A stretch of 64,000 bases of DNA, taken from positions 1,364,001-1,428,000 of the forward strand of contig OZ059897.1 in assembly GCA_964057225.1 (NCBI GenBank). The letters are read 5' to 3'. The notes beneath the pieces were generated by a model that worked only from the letters and a program-made list of their open reading frames with translations, was not told where the DNA came from and did no database searches. Positions 38,247 through 52,200 of this stretch are shown here, piece after piece. A program made the translations under genes and the position numbers. Positions within the stretch are counted from its first letter, which is position 1. Each line of letters begins with the position of its first letter. The DNA comes from Auanema rhodensis (Eukaryota; Animalia; Nematoda).

Positions 38247-39762
38247 TGCATTCGATGCGGATTTTTAAGCTGCGTCGATCTGTGTTATTAGATTTGAGTT
38301 AGCTTAAAAATGCACCGAGATATCAACTGATATAAGTTCACACTTATATCCTCGATTTTCACCCTGAAGAATTAATTTTTTCGTTGAATAAAATTGTCCA
38401 TCGTCTTTGCCTTGAGAAAAGGAATCTAAGAACATCTAGTTTTTGTAAAATTATCTTGAAATTTTTCGGGAAAATTTTTGTCAAAATGTTTTTGGAAGCA
38501 ATGTTGAGTGTACATGGAAACTCAACATACACTAATGCATCATTTTTCAAACAATCATAAATAATTTTTGTATTGAGCGTTTCTCAATGTAGTATAGTGC
38601 ATTCGAAACGGATTTTTAAGCTGCGTCGATCTGTGTTATCAGATTTGCGCTAGCTTAAAAATGCACCGAGATATCAACTGATATAAGTTCACACTTATAT
38701 CCTCGATTTTCACCCTGAAGAATTAATTTTTTCGTTGAATAACATTGTCCATCGTCTTCGCCTTGAAACAAGAAATCTGAAAACATCTACTTTTCGTAAA
38801 ATTATCTTGAAATTTTTCAGGAAAATTTTTGTCAAAATGTTTTTGGAAGCAATGTTGAGTGTACATGGAAACTCAACTTACACTAATGCATCATTTTTTA
38901 AACAATCATAAATAATTTTTGTATTGAGCGTTTCTCAATGTTATATAGTGCATTCGATGCGGATTTTTAAGCTGCGTCGATCTGTGTTATCAGATTTGAG
39001 TTAGCTTAAAAATGCACCGAGATATCAACTGATATAAGTTCACACTTATATCCTCGATTTTCACCCTGAAGAATTAATTTTTTCGTTGAATAAAATTGTC
39101 CATCGTCTTTGCCTTGAGAAAAGGAATCTAAGAACATCTAGTTTTTGTAAAAATATCTTGAAATTTTTCGGGAAAATTTTTGTCAAAATGTTTTTGGAAG
39201 CAATGTTGAGTGTACATGGAAACTCAACATACACTAATGCATCATTATTCAAACAATCATAAATAATTGTTGTATTGAGCGTTTTTCAATGTAGTATAAT
39301 GCATTCGATGCGGATTTTTTAGCTGCGTCGATCTGTGTTATCAGATTTGAGTTAGCTTAAAAATGCACCGAGATATCAACTGATATAAGTTCACACTTAT
39401 ATCCTCGATTTTCACCCTGAAGAATTAATTTTTTCGTTGAAAAACATTGTCCATGGTCTTCGCCTTAAAAAAAGGAAATTAGAAACATTTACTTTCTGTA
39501 AAACTATCTTGAAATTTTTCGGGATAATTTTTGTCAAAATGTTTTTGGAAGCAATGTTGAGTGTACATGGAAACTCAACATACACTAATGCATCATTTTT
39601 CAAACAATCATAAATAATTTTTGTATTGAGCGTTTCTCAATGTTATATAGTGCATTCGATGCGGATTTTTAAGCTGCGTCGATCTGTGTTATTAGATTTG
39701 AGTTAGCTTAAAAATGCACCGAGATATCAACTGATATAAGTTCACACTTATATCCTCGATTT

Positions 39763-42700
39763 TCACCCTGAAGAATTAATTTTTTCGTTGAATAAAATTG
39801 TCCATCGTCTTCGCCTTGAGAAAAGGAATCTAAGAACATCTAGTTTTTGTAAAATTATCTTGAAATTTTTCGGGAAAATTTTTGTCAAAATGTTTTTGGA
39901 AGCAATGTTGAGTGTACATGGAAACTCAACATACACTAATGCATCATTTTTCAAACAATCATAAATAATTTTTGTATTGAGCGTTTTTCAATGTGGTATA
40001 GCGCATTCGGAACAAATGTTTAAGCTGCGTCGATCTGTGTTATCAGATTTGCGCTAGCTTAAAAATGCACCGAGATATCAATTGAAATAAGTTCACACTT
40101 ATATCCTCGATTTTCACCCTGAAGAATTAATTTTTTCGTTGAATAACATTGTCCATCGTCTTCGCCTTAAAAAAAAGAATCTAAAAACATCTACTTTTTG
40201 TAAAATTATCTTGAAATTTTTTGGGGAAATTTTTGTCAAAATGTTTTTGGAAGCAATGTTGAGTGTACATGGAAACTCAACATACACTAATGCATCATTT
40301 TTCAAACAATCATAAATAATTTTTGTATTGAGCGTTTCTCAATGTAGTATAGTGCATTCGAAACGGATTTTTAAGCTGCGTCGATCTGTGTTATCAGATT
40401 TGCGCTAGCTTAAAAATGCACCGAGATATCAACTGATATAAGTTCACACTTATATCCTCGATTTTCACCCTGAAGAATTAATTTTTTCGTTGAATAATAT
40501 TGTCCATCGTCTTTGCCTTGAAAAAAGGAATCTAAAAACTTCTACTCTTCGTTAAATTATCTTGAAATTTTTCGGGAAAATTTTTGTCAAAATGTTTTTG
40601 GAAGCAATGTTGAGTGTACATGGAAACTCAACATACACTAATGCATCATTTTTCAAACAATCATAAATAATTTTTGTATTGAGCGTTTCTCAATGTTATA
40701 TAGTGCATTCGATGCGGATTTTTAAGCTGCGTCGATCTGTGTTATTAGATTTGAGTTAGCTTAAAAATGCACCGAGATATCAACCGATATAAGTTCACAA
40801 TTATATCCTCGATTTTCACCCTGAAGAATTAATTTTTTCGTTGAATTAAATTGTCCATCGTCTTTGCCTTGAGAAAAGAAATCTAAGAACATCTAGTTTT
40901 TGTAAAATTATCTTGAAATTTTTCGGGAAAATTTTTGTCAAAATGTTTTTGGAAGCAATGTTGAGTGTACATGGAAACTCAACATACACTAATGCATCAT
41001 TTTTCAAACGATCATAAATAATTTTTGTATTGAGCGTTTTTCAATGTAGTATAATGCATTCGATGCGGATTTTTAAGCTGCGTCGATCTGTGTTATCAGA
41101 TTTGAGTTAGCTTAAAAATGCACCGAGATATCAACTGATATAAGTTCACACTTATATCCTCGATTTTCACCCTAAAGAATTAATTTTTTCGTTGAATAAA
41201 ATTGTCCATCGTCTTCGCCTTGAGAAAAGGAATCTAAGAACATCTAGTTTTTGTAAAATTATCTTGAAATTTTTCGGGAAAATTTTTGTCAAAATGTTTT
41301 TGGAAGCAATGTTGAGTGTACATGGAAACTCAACATACACTAATGCATCATTTTTCAAACAATCATAAATAATTTTTGTATTGAGCGTTTTTCAATGTGG
41401 TATAGTGCATTCGGAACAAATGTTTAAGCTGCGTCGATCTGTGTTATCAGATTTGCGCTAGCTTAAAAATGCACCGAGATATCAATTGAAATAAGTTCAC
41501 ACTTATATCCTCGATTTTCACCCTGAAGAATTAATTTTTTCGTTGAATAACATTGTCCATCGTTTTTGCCTCGAAAAAAGGAATCTAAAAACATCTACTT
41601 TTCGCTAAATTATCTTGAAATTTTTCGAAAAAATTTTTGTCAAAATGTTTTTGGAAGCAATTTTGAGTGTACATGGAAACTCAACATACACTAATGCATC
41701 ATTTTTCAAACAATCATAAATAATTTTTGTATTGAGCGTTTTTCAATGTGGTATAGTGCATTCGGAACAAATGTTTAAGCTGCGTCGATCTGTGTTATCA
41801 GATTTGCGCTAGCTTAAAAATGCACCGAGATATCAATTGAAATAAGTTCACACTTATATCCTCGATTTTCACCCTGAAGAATTAATTTTTTCGTTGAATA
41901 ACATTGTCCATCGTCTTCGCCTTAAAAAAAAGAATCTAAAAACATCTACTTTTTGTAAAATTATCTTGAAATTTTTTGGGGAAATTTTTGTCAAAATGTT
42001 TTTGGAAGCAATGTTGAGTGTACATGGAAACTCAACATACACTAATGCATCATTTTTCAAACAATCATAAATAATTTTTGTATTGAGCGTTTCTCAATGT
42101 AGTATAGTGCATTCGAAACGGATTTTTAAGCTGCGTCGATCTGTGTTATCAGATTTGCGCTAGCTTAAAAATGCACCGAGATATCAACTGATATAAGTTC
42201 ACACTTATATCCTCGATTTTCACCCTGAAGAATTAATTTTTTCGTTGAATAATATTGTCCATCGTCTTTGCCTTGAAAAAAGGAATCTAAAAACTTCTAC
42301 TCTTCGTTAAATTAATTTGAAATTTTTCGGGAAAATTTTTGTCAAAATGTTTTTGGAAGCAATGTTGAGTGTACATGGAAACTCAACATACACTAATGCA
42401 TCATTTTTCAAACAATCATAAATAATTTTTGTATTGAGCGTTTCTCAATGTTATATAGTGCATTCGATGCGGATTTTTAAGCTGCGTCGATCTGTGTTAT
42501 TAGATTTGAGTTAGCTTAAAAATGCACCGAGATATCAACCGATATAAGTTCACAATTATATCCTCGATTTTCACCCTGAAGAATTAATTTTTTCGTTGAA
42601 TTAAATTGTCCATCGTCTTTGCCTTGAGAAAAGAAATCTAAGAACATCTAGTTTTTGTAAAATTATCTTGAAATTTTTCGGGAAAATTTTTGTCAAAATG

Positions 42701-44166
42701 TTTTTGGAAGCAATGTTGAGTGTACATGGAAACTCAACATACACTAATGCATCATTTTTCAAACGATCATAAATAATTTTTGTATTGAGCGTTTTTCAAT
42801 GTAGTATAATGCATTCGATGCGGATTTTTAAGCTGCGTCGATCTGTGTTATCAGATTTGAGTTAGCTTAAAAATGCACCGAGATATCAACTGATATAAGT
42901 TCACACTTATATCCTCGATTTTCACCCTGAAGAATTAATTTTTTCGTTGAATAAAATTGTCCATCGTCTTCGCCTTGAGAAAAGGAATCTAAGAACATCT
43001 AGTTTTTGTAAAATTATCTTGAAATTTTTCGGGAAAATTTTTGTCAAAATGTTTTTGGAAGCAATGTTGAGTGTACATGGAAACTCAACATACACTAATG
43101 CATCATTTTTCAAACAATCATAAATAATTTTTGTATTGAGCGTTTTTCAATGTGGTATAGTGCATTCGGAACAAATGTTTAAGCTGCGTCGATCTGTGTT
43201 ATCAGATTTGCGCTAGCTTAAAAATGCACCGAGATATCAATTGAAATAAGTTCACACTTATATCCTCGATTTTCACCCTGAAGAATTAATTTTTTCGTTG
43301 AATAACATTGTCCATCGTCTTCGCCTTAAAAAAAAGAATCTAAAAACATCTACTTTTTGTAAAATTATCTTGAAATTTTTTGGGGAAATTTTTGTCAAAA
43401 TGTTTTTGGAAGCAATGTTGAGTGTACATGGAAACTCAACATACACTAATGCATCATTTTTCAAACAATCATAAATAATTTTTGTATTGAGCGTTTCTCA
43501 ATGTAGTATAGTGCATTCGAAACGGATTTTTAAGCTGCGTCGATCTGTGTTATCAGATTTGCGCTAGCTTAAAAATGCACCGAGATATCAACTGATATAA
43601 GTTCACACTTATATCCTCGATTTTCACCCTGAAGAATTAATTTTTTCGTTGAATAATATTGTCCATCGTCTTTGCCTTGAAAAAAGGAATCTAAAAACTT
43701 CTACTCTTCGTTAAATTATCTTGAAATTTTTCGGGAAAATTTTTGTCAAAATGTTTTTGGAAGCAATGTTGAGTGTACATGGAAACTCAACATACACTAA
43801 TGCATCATTTTTCAAACAATCATAAATAATTTTTGTATTGAGCGTTTCTTAATGTTATATAGTGCATTCGATGCGGATTTTTAAGCTGCGTCGATCTGTG
43901 TTATTAGATTTGAGTTAGCTTAAAAATGCACCGAGATATCAACCGATATAAGTTCACAATTATATCCTCGATTTTCACCCTGAAGAATTAATTTTTTCGT
44001 TGAATAAAATTGTCCATCGTCTTTGCCTTGAGAAAAGAAATCTAAGAACATCTAGTTTTTGTAAAATTATCTTGAAATTTTTCGGGAAAATTTTTGTCAA
44101 AATGTTTTTGGAAGCAATGTTGAGTGTACATGGAAACTCAACATACACTAATGCATCATTTTTCAA
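39763..44166 (-). repeat. Three copies of a 4-monomer unit (one extra monomer between copies 1 and 2)
   Basis: Markers AAAACTTCTACTCTTCGTTAA (~40536, ~42291, ~43695) and CAACCGATATAAGTTCACAATT (~40781, ~42536, ~43940) recur at offsets 1755 and 1404. Confidence 0.85.
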
Positions 44167-47100
44167 ACAATCATAAATAATTTTTGTATTGAGCTTTTTT
44201 CAATGTAGTATAATGCATTCGATGCGGATTTTTAAGCTGCGTCGATCTGTGTTATCAGATTTGAGTTAGCTTAAAAATGCACCGAGATATCAACTGATAT
44301 ATGTTCACACTTATATCCTCGATTTTCACCCTGAAGAATTAATTTTTTCGTTGAAAAACATTGTCCATGGTCTTCGCCTTAAAAAAAGGAAATTAGAAAC
44401 ATTTACTTTCTGTAAAATTATCTTGAAATTTTTCGGGATAATTTTTGTCAAAATGTTTTTGGAAGCAATGTTGAGTGTACATGGAAACTCAACATACACT
44501 AATGCATCATTTTTCAAACAATCATAAATAATTTTTGTATTGAGCGTTTCTCAATGTTATATAGTGCATTCGATGCGGATTTCTAAGCTGCGTCGATCTG
44601 TGTTATTAGATTTGCGCTAGCTTAAAAATGCACCGAGATATCAACTGATATAAGTTCACACTTATATCCTCGATTTTCACCCTGAAGAATTAATTTTTTC
44701 GTTGAATAAAATTGTCCATCGTCTTCGCCTTAAGAAAAGGAATCTAAGAACATCTAGTTTTTGTAAAATTATCTTGAAATTTTTCGGGAAAATTTTTGTC
44801 AAAATGTTTTTGGAAGCAATGTTGAGTGTACATGGAAACTCAACATACACTAATGCATCATTTTTCAAACAATCATAATTAATTTTTGTATTGAGCGTTT
44901 CTCAATGTAGTATAGTGCGTTCGATGCGGATTTTTAAGCTGCGTCGATCTGTGTTATCAGATTTGAGTTAGCTTAAAAATGCACCGAGATATCAACTGAT
45001 ATATGTTCACACTTATATCCTCGATTTTCACCCTGAAGAATTAATTTTTTCGTTGAAAAACATTGTCCATGGTCTTCGCCTTAAAAAAAGGAAATTAGAA
45101 ACATTTACTTTCTGTAAAATTATCTTGAAATTTTTCGGGATAATTTTTGTCAAAATGTTTTTGGAAGCAATGTTGAGTGTACATGGAAACTCAACATACA
45201 CTAATGCATCATTTTTCAAACAATCATAAATAATTTTTGTATTGAGCGTTTCTCAATGTTATATAGTGCATTCGATGCGGATTTCTAAGCTGCGTCGATC
45301 TGTGTTATCAGATTTGAGTTAGCTTAAAAATGCACCGAGATATCAACTGATATAAGTTCACACTTATATCCTCGATTTTCACCCTGAAGAATTAATTTTT
45401 TCGTTGAATAACATTGTCCATCGTCTTCGCCTTGAAAAAAAGAATCTAAAAACATCTAGTTTTTGTAAAATTATCTTGAAATTTTTCGGGAAAATTGTTG
45501 TCAAAATGTTTTTGGAAGCAATGTTGAGTGTACATGGAAACTCAACATACACTAATGCATCATTTTTCAAACAATCATAAATAATTTTTGTATTGAGCGT
45601 TTTTCAATGTAGTATAATGCATTCGATGCGGATTTTTAAGCTGCGTCGATCTGTGTTATCAGATTTGAGTTAGCTTAAAAATGCACCGAGATATCAACTG
45701 ATATATGTTCACACTTATATCCTCGATTTTCACCCTGAAGAATTAATTTTTTCGTTGAAAAACATTGTCCATCGTCTTCGCCTTAAGAAAAGGAAATTAG
45801 AAACATTTACTTTCTGTAAAATTATCTTGAAATTTTTCGGGATAATTTTTGTCAAAATGTTTTTGGAAGCAATGTTAAGTGTACATGGAAACTCAACATA
45901 CACTAATGCATCATTTTTCAAACAATCATAAATAATTTTTGTATTGAGCGTTTCTCAATGTTATATAGTGCATTCGATGCGGATTTCTAAGCTGCGTCGA
46001 TCTGTGTTATTAGATTTGCGCTAGCTTAAAAATGCACCGAGATATCAACTGATATAAGTTCACACTTATATCCTCGATTTTCACCCTGAAGAATTAATTT
46101 TTTCGTTGAATAAAATTGTCCATCGTCTTCGCCTTAAGAAAAGGAATCTAAGAACATCTAGTTTTTGTAAAATTATCTTGAAATTTTTCGGGAAAATTTT
46201 TGTCAAACTGTTTTTGGAAGCAATGTTGAGTGTACATGGAAACTCAACATACACTAATGCATCATTTTTCAAACAATCATAATTAATTTTTGTATTGAGC
46301 GTTTCTCAATGTAGTATAGTGCATTCGATGCGGATTTTTAAGCTGCGTCGATCTGTGTTATCAGATTTGAGTTAGCTTAAAAATGCACCGAGATATCAAC
46401 TGATATAAGTTCACACTTATATCCTCGATTTTCACCCTGAAGAATTAATTTTTTCGTTGAATAAAATTGTCCATCGTCTTCGCCTTAAGAAAAGGAATCT
46501 AAGAACATCTAGTTTTTGTAAAATTATCTTGAAATTTTTCGGGAAAATTTTTGTCAAAATGTTTTTGGAAGCAATGTTGAGTGTACATGGAAACTCAACA
46601 TACACTAATGCATCATTTTTCAAACAATCATAAATAATTCTTGTATTGAGCGTTTCTCAATGTAGTATAGTGCATTCGATGCGGATTTTTAAGCTGCGTC
46701 GATCTGTGTTATCAGATTTGAGTTAGCTTAAAAATGCACCGAGATATCAACTGATATAAGTTCACACTTATATCCTCGATTTTCACCCTGAAGAATTAAT
46801 TTTTTCGTTGAAAAACATTGTCCATGGTCTTCGCCTTAAAAAAAGGAAATTAGAAACATTTACTTTCTGTAAAATTATCTTGAAATTTTTCGGGATAATT
46901 TTTGTCAAAATGTTTTTGGAAGCAATGTTGAGTGTACATCGAAACTCAACATACACTAATGCATCATTTTTCAAACAATCATAAATAATTTTTGTATTGA
47001 GCGTTTCTCAATGTTATATAGTGCATTCGATGCGGATTTCTAAGCTGCGTCGATCTGTGTTATTAGATTTGCGCTAGCTTAAAAATGCACCGAGATATCA

Positions 47101-49238
47101 ACTGATATAAATTCACACTTATATCCTCGATTTTCACCCTGAAGAATTAATTTTTTCGTTGAATAACATTGTCCATCGTCTTCGCCTTAAGAAAAGGAAT
47201 CTAAAAACATATACTTTTCGTGAAATTATCTTGAAATTTTTCGGGAAAATTTTTGTCAAAATGTTTTTGGAAGCAATGTTGAGTGTACATGGAAACTCAA
47301 CATACACTAATGCATCATTTTTCAAACAATCATAAATAATTCTTGTATTGAGCGTTTCTCAATGTGGTATAGTGCATTCGAAACAAATGTTTAAGCTGCG
47401 TCGATCTGTGTTATCAGATTTGCGCTAGCTTAAAAATGCACCGAGATATCAATTGAAATAAGTTCACACTTATATCCTCGATTTTCACCCTGAAGAATTA
47501 ATTTTTTCGTTGAATAACATTGTCCATCGTCTTCGCCTTAAGAAAAGAAATCTAAAAACATCTACTTTTCGCAAAATTATCTTGAAATTTTTCGGGAAAC
47601 TTTTGTCAAAATGTTTTTGGAAGCAATGTTGAGTGTACATGGAAACTCAACATACACGAATGCATCATTTTTCGAACAATCATAAATAATTTTTGTATTG
47701 AGCGTTATTCAATGTAGTATAGTGCATTCGATGCGGATTTTTAAGCTGCGTCGATCTGTGTTATCAGATTTGCGCTAGCTTGAAAATGCACCGAGATATC
47801 AACTGATATAAGTTCACACTTATATCCTCGATTTTCACCCTGAAGAATTAATTTTTTCGTTGAATAACATTGTCCATCGTTTTCGCCTTGAAAAAAGGAA
47901 TTTAAAAACATCTACTCTTCGTTAAATTATCTTGAAATTTTTCGGGAAAATTTTTGTCAAAATGTTTTTGGAAGCAATGTTGAGTGTACATGGAAACTCA
48001 ACACACACTAATGCATCTTTTTTCAAACAATCATAAATAATTTTTGTATTGAGCGTTTATCAGTGTAGTATAGTGCATTCGATGCGGATTTTTAAGCTGC
48101 GTCGATCTGTGTTATCAGATTTGCGCTAGCTTAAAAATGCACCGAGATATCAACTGATATAAGTTCACACTTATATCCTCGATTTTCACCCTGAAGAATT
48201 AATTTTTTCGTTGAATAACATTGTCCATCGTCTTCGCCTTGAAAAAAGGAATTTAAAAACATCTACTTTTCGTGAAATTATTTTGAAATTTTTCGGGAAA
48301 ATTTTTGTCAAAATGTTTTTGGAAGCAATGTTGAGTGTACATGGAAACTCAACATACACTAATGCATCATTTTTCAAACGATCATAACTAATTTTTGTAT
48401 TGAGCGTTTCTTAAAGTATTATAGTGCATTCGATGCGGATTTTTAAGCTGCGTCGATCTGTGTTTTCAGATTTGCACTAGCTTAAAAATGCACCGAGATA
48501 TCAACTGATATAAGTTCACACTTATATCCTCGATTTTCACCCTGAAGAATTAATTTTTTCGTTGAATAACATTGTCCATCGTCTTTGCCTTGAAAAAAGG
48601 AATCCAAACACATCTACTTTTCGTGAAATTATTCTGAAATTTTTCGGGAAAATTTTTGTCAAAATGTTTTTGGAAGCAATGTTGAGTGTACATGGAAACT
48701 CAACATACACTAATGCATCATTTTTCAAACGATCATAACTAATTTTTGTATTGAGCGTTTCTTAAAGTATTATAGTGCATTCGATGCGGATTTTTAAGCT
48801 GCGTCGATCTGTCTTATCAGATTTGAGTTAGCTTAAAAATGCACCGAGATATCAACTGATATAAGTTCACACTTATATCCTCGTTTTTCACCCTGAAGAA
48901 TTAATTTTTTCGTTGAATAACATTGTCCATCGTCTTCGCCTTAAAAAAAAGAATCTAAAAACATCTACTTTTTGTAAAATTATCTTGAAATTTTTTGGGG
49001 AAATTTTTGTCAAAATGTTTTTGGAAGCAATGTTGAGTGTACATGGAAACTCAACATACACTAATGCATCATTTTTCAAACAATCATAAATAATTTTTGT
49101 ATTGAGCGTTTTTCAATGTAGTATAATGCATTCGATGCGGATTTTTAAGCTGCGTCGATCTGTGTTATCAGATTTGAGTTAGCTTAAAAATGCACCGAGA
49201 TATCAACTGATATAAGTTCACACTTATATCCTCGATTT

Positions 49239-52200
49239 TCACCCTGAAGAATTAATTTTTTCGTTGAATAAAATTGTCCATCGTCTTCGCCTTGAGAAAA
49301 GGAATCTAAGAACATCTAGTTTTTGTAAAATTATCTTGAAAGTTTCCGGGAAAATTTTTGTCAAAATGTTTTTGGAAGCAATGTTGAGTGTACATGGAAA
49401 CTCAACATACACTAATGCATCATTTTTCAAACAATCATAAATAATTTTTGTATTGAGCGTTTCTCAATGTGGTATAGTGCATTCGGAACAAATGTTTAAG
49501 CTGCGTCGATCTGTGTTATCAGATTTGCGCTAGCTTAAAAATGCACCGAGATATCAACTGATATAAGTTCACACTTATATCCTCGATTTTCACCCTGAAG
49601 AATTAATTTTTTCGTTGAATAAAATTGTCCATCGTCTTCGCCTTGAGAAAAGGAATCTAAGAACATCTAGTTTTTGTAAAATTATCTTGAAATTTTTCAG
49701 GAAAATTTTTGTCAAAATGTTTTTGGAAGCAATGTTGAGTGTACATGGAAACTCAACATACACTAATGCATCATTTTCCAAACGATCATAACTAATTTTT
49801 GTATTGAGCGTTTCTTAATGTTGTATAGTGCATTCGATGCGGATTTTTAAGCTGCGTCGATCTGTCTTATCCGATTTGCGCTTGCTTAAAAATGCACCGA
49901 GATATCAACTGATATAAGTTCACACTTATATCCTCGATTTTCACTCTGAAGAATTAATTTTTTCGTTGAATAACATTGTCCATCGTCTTCGCCTTAAAAA
50001 AAAGAATCTAAAAACATCTACTTTTTGTAAAATTATCTTGAAATTTTTTGGGGAAATTTTTGTCAAAATGTTTTTGGAAGCAATGTTGAGTGTACATGGA
50101 AACTCAACATACACTAATGCATCATTTTTCAAACAATCATAAATAATTTTTGTATTGAGCGTTTTTCAATGTAGTATAATGCATTCGATGCGGATTTTTA
50201 AGCTGCGTCGATCTGTGTTATCAGATTTGAGTTAGCTTAAAAATGCACCGAGATATCAACTGATATAAGTTCACACTTATATCCTCGATTTTCACCCTGA
50301 AGAATTAATTTTTTCGTTGAAAAACATTGTCCATGGTCTTCGCCTTAAAAAAAGGAAATTAGAAACATTTACTTTCTGTAAAATTATCTTGAAATTTTTC
50401 GGGATAATTTTTGTCAAAATGTTTTTGGAAGCAATGTTGAGGGTACATGGAAACTCAACATACACTAATGCATCATTTTTCAAACAATCATAAATAATTT
50501 TTGTATTGAGCGTTTCTCAATGTTATATAGTGCATTCGATGCGGATTTTTAAGCTGCGTCGATCTGTGTTATCAGATTTGAGTTAGCTTAAAAATGCACC
50601 GAGATATCAACTGATATAAGTTCACACTTATATCCTCGATTTTCACCCTGAAGAATTAATTTTTTCGTTGAATAAAATTGTCCATCGTCTTCGCCTTGAG
50701 AAAAGGAATCTAAGAACATCTAGTTTTTGTGAAATTATCTTGAAATTTTTCGGGAAAATTTTTGTCAAAATGTTTTTGGAAGCAATGTTGAGTGTACATG
50801 GAAACTCAACATACACTAATGCATCATTTTTCAAACAATCATAAATAATTTTTGTATTGAGCGTTTCTCAATGTGGTATAGTGCATTCGGAACAAATGTT
50901 TAAGCTGCGTCGATCTGTGTTATCAGATTTGCGCTAGCTTAAAAATGCACCGAGATATCAATTGAAATAAGTTCACACTTATATCCTCGATTTTCACCCT
51001 GAAGAATTAATTTTTTCGTTGAATAACATGGTCCATCGTCTTCGCCTTAAAAAAAAGAATCTAAAAACATCTAGTTTTTGTAAAATTATCTTGAAATTTT
51101 TCGGGAAAATTGTTGTCAAAATGTTTTTGGAAGCAATGTTGAGTGTACATGGAAACTCAACATACACTAATGCATCATTTTTCAAACAATCATAAATAAT
51201 TTTTGTATTGAGCGTTTTTCAATGTAGTATAATGCATTCGATGCGGATTTTTAAGCTGCGTCGATCTGTGTTATCAGATTTGAGTTAGCTTAAAAATGCA
51301 CCGAGATATCAACTGATATAAGTTCACACTTATATCCTCGATTTTCACCCTGAAGAATTAATTTTTTCGTTGAAAAACATTGTCCATGGTCTTCGCCTTA
51401 AAAAAAGGAAATTAGAAACATTTACTTTCTGTAAAATTATCTTGAAATTTTTCGGGATAATTTTTGTCAAAATGTTTTTGGAAGCAATGTTGAGGGTACA
51501 TGGAAACTCAACATACACTAATGCATCATTTTTCAAACAATCATAAATAATTTTTGTATTGAGCGTTTCTCAATGTTATATAGTGCATTCGATGCGGATT
51601 TTTAAGCTGCGTCGATCTGTGTTATCAGATTTGAGTTAGCTTAAAAATGCACCGAGATATCAACTGATATAAGTTCACACTTATATCCTCGATTTTCACC
51701 CTGAAGAATTAATTTTTTCGTTGAATAAAATTGTCCATCGTCTTCGCCTTGAGAAAAGGAATCTAAGAACATCTAGTTTTTGTGAAATTATCTTGAAATT
51801 TTTCGGGAAAATTTTTGTCAAAATGTTTTTGGAAGCAATGTTGAGTGTACATGGAAACTCAACATACACTAATGCATCATTTTTCAAACAATCATAAATA
51901 ATTTTTGTATTGAGCGTTTCTCAATGTGGTATAGTGCATTCGGAACAAATGTTTAAGCTGCGTCGATCTGTGTTATCAGATTTGCGCTAGCTTAAAAATG
52001 CACCGAGATATCAATTGAAATAAGTTCACACTTATATCCTCGATTTTCACCCTGAAGAATTAATTTTTTCGTTGAATAACATGGTCCATCGTCTTCGCCT
52101 TAAAAAAAAGAATCTAAAAACATCTAGTTTTTGTGAAATTATCTTGAAATTTTTCGGGAAAATTGTTGTCAAAATGTTTTTGGAAGCAATGTTGAGTGTA

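Noticed and set aside
13796-38251. Odd ORFs at 13796, 18007, 26472, 35371, 36981 and 38054
   Set aside because: Each arises from a 1-bp deletion, point changes that create a start or remove a stop, or read-through of the inversion junction.
38378-38396. CENP-B-box-like motif (TTCGTTGAA)
   Set aside because: Matches the TTCG....A half but lacks the required CGGG.
38364-38400. Satellite-encoded hammerhead ribozyme (CTGAAGA fits CUGANGA; CTGATAA on the other strand is one mismatch off)
   Set aside because: No stem II closing onto GAAA and no stems I/III with an NUH site could be built by eye. An Infernal/RNAMotif search would be the formal test.
37904-38600. Junction as a fold-back chimeric read or recent palindromic duplication
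   Set aside because: Such artefacts give mirror-identical arms; here the flanking monomers differ and the arms hold different subfamilies. A misjoin still needs exclusion with reads.
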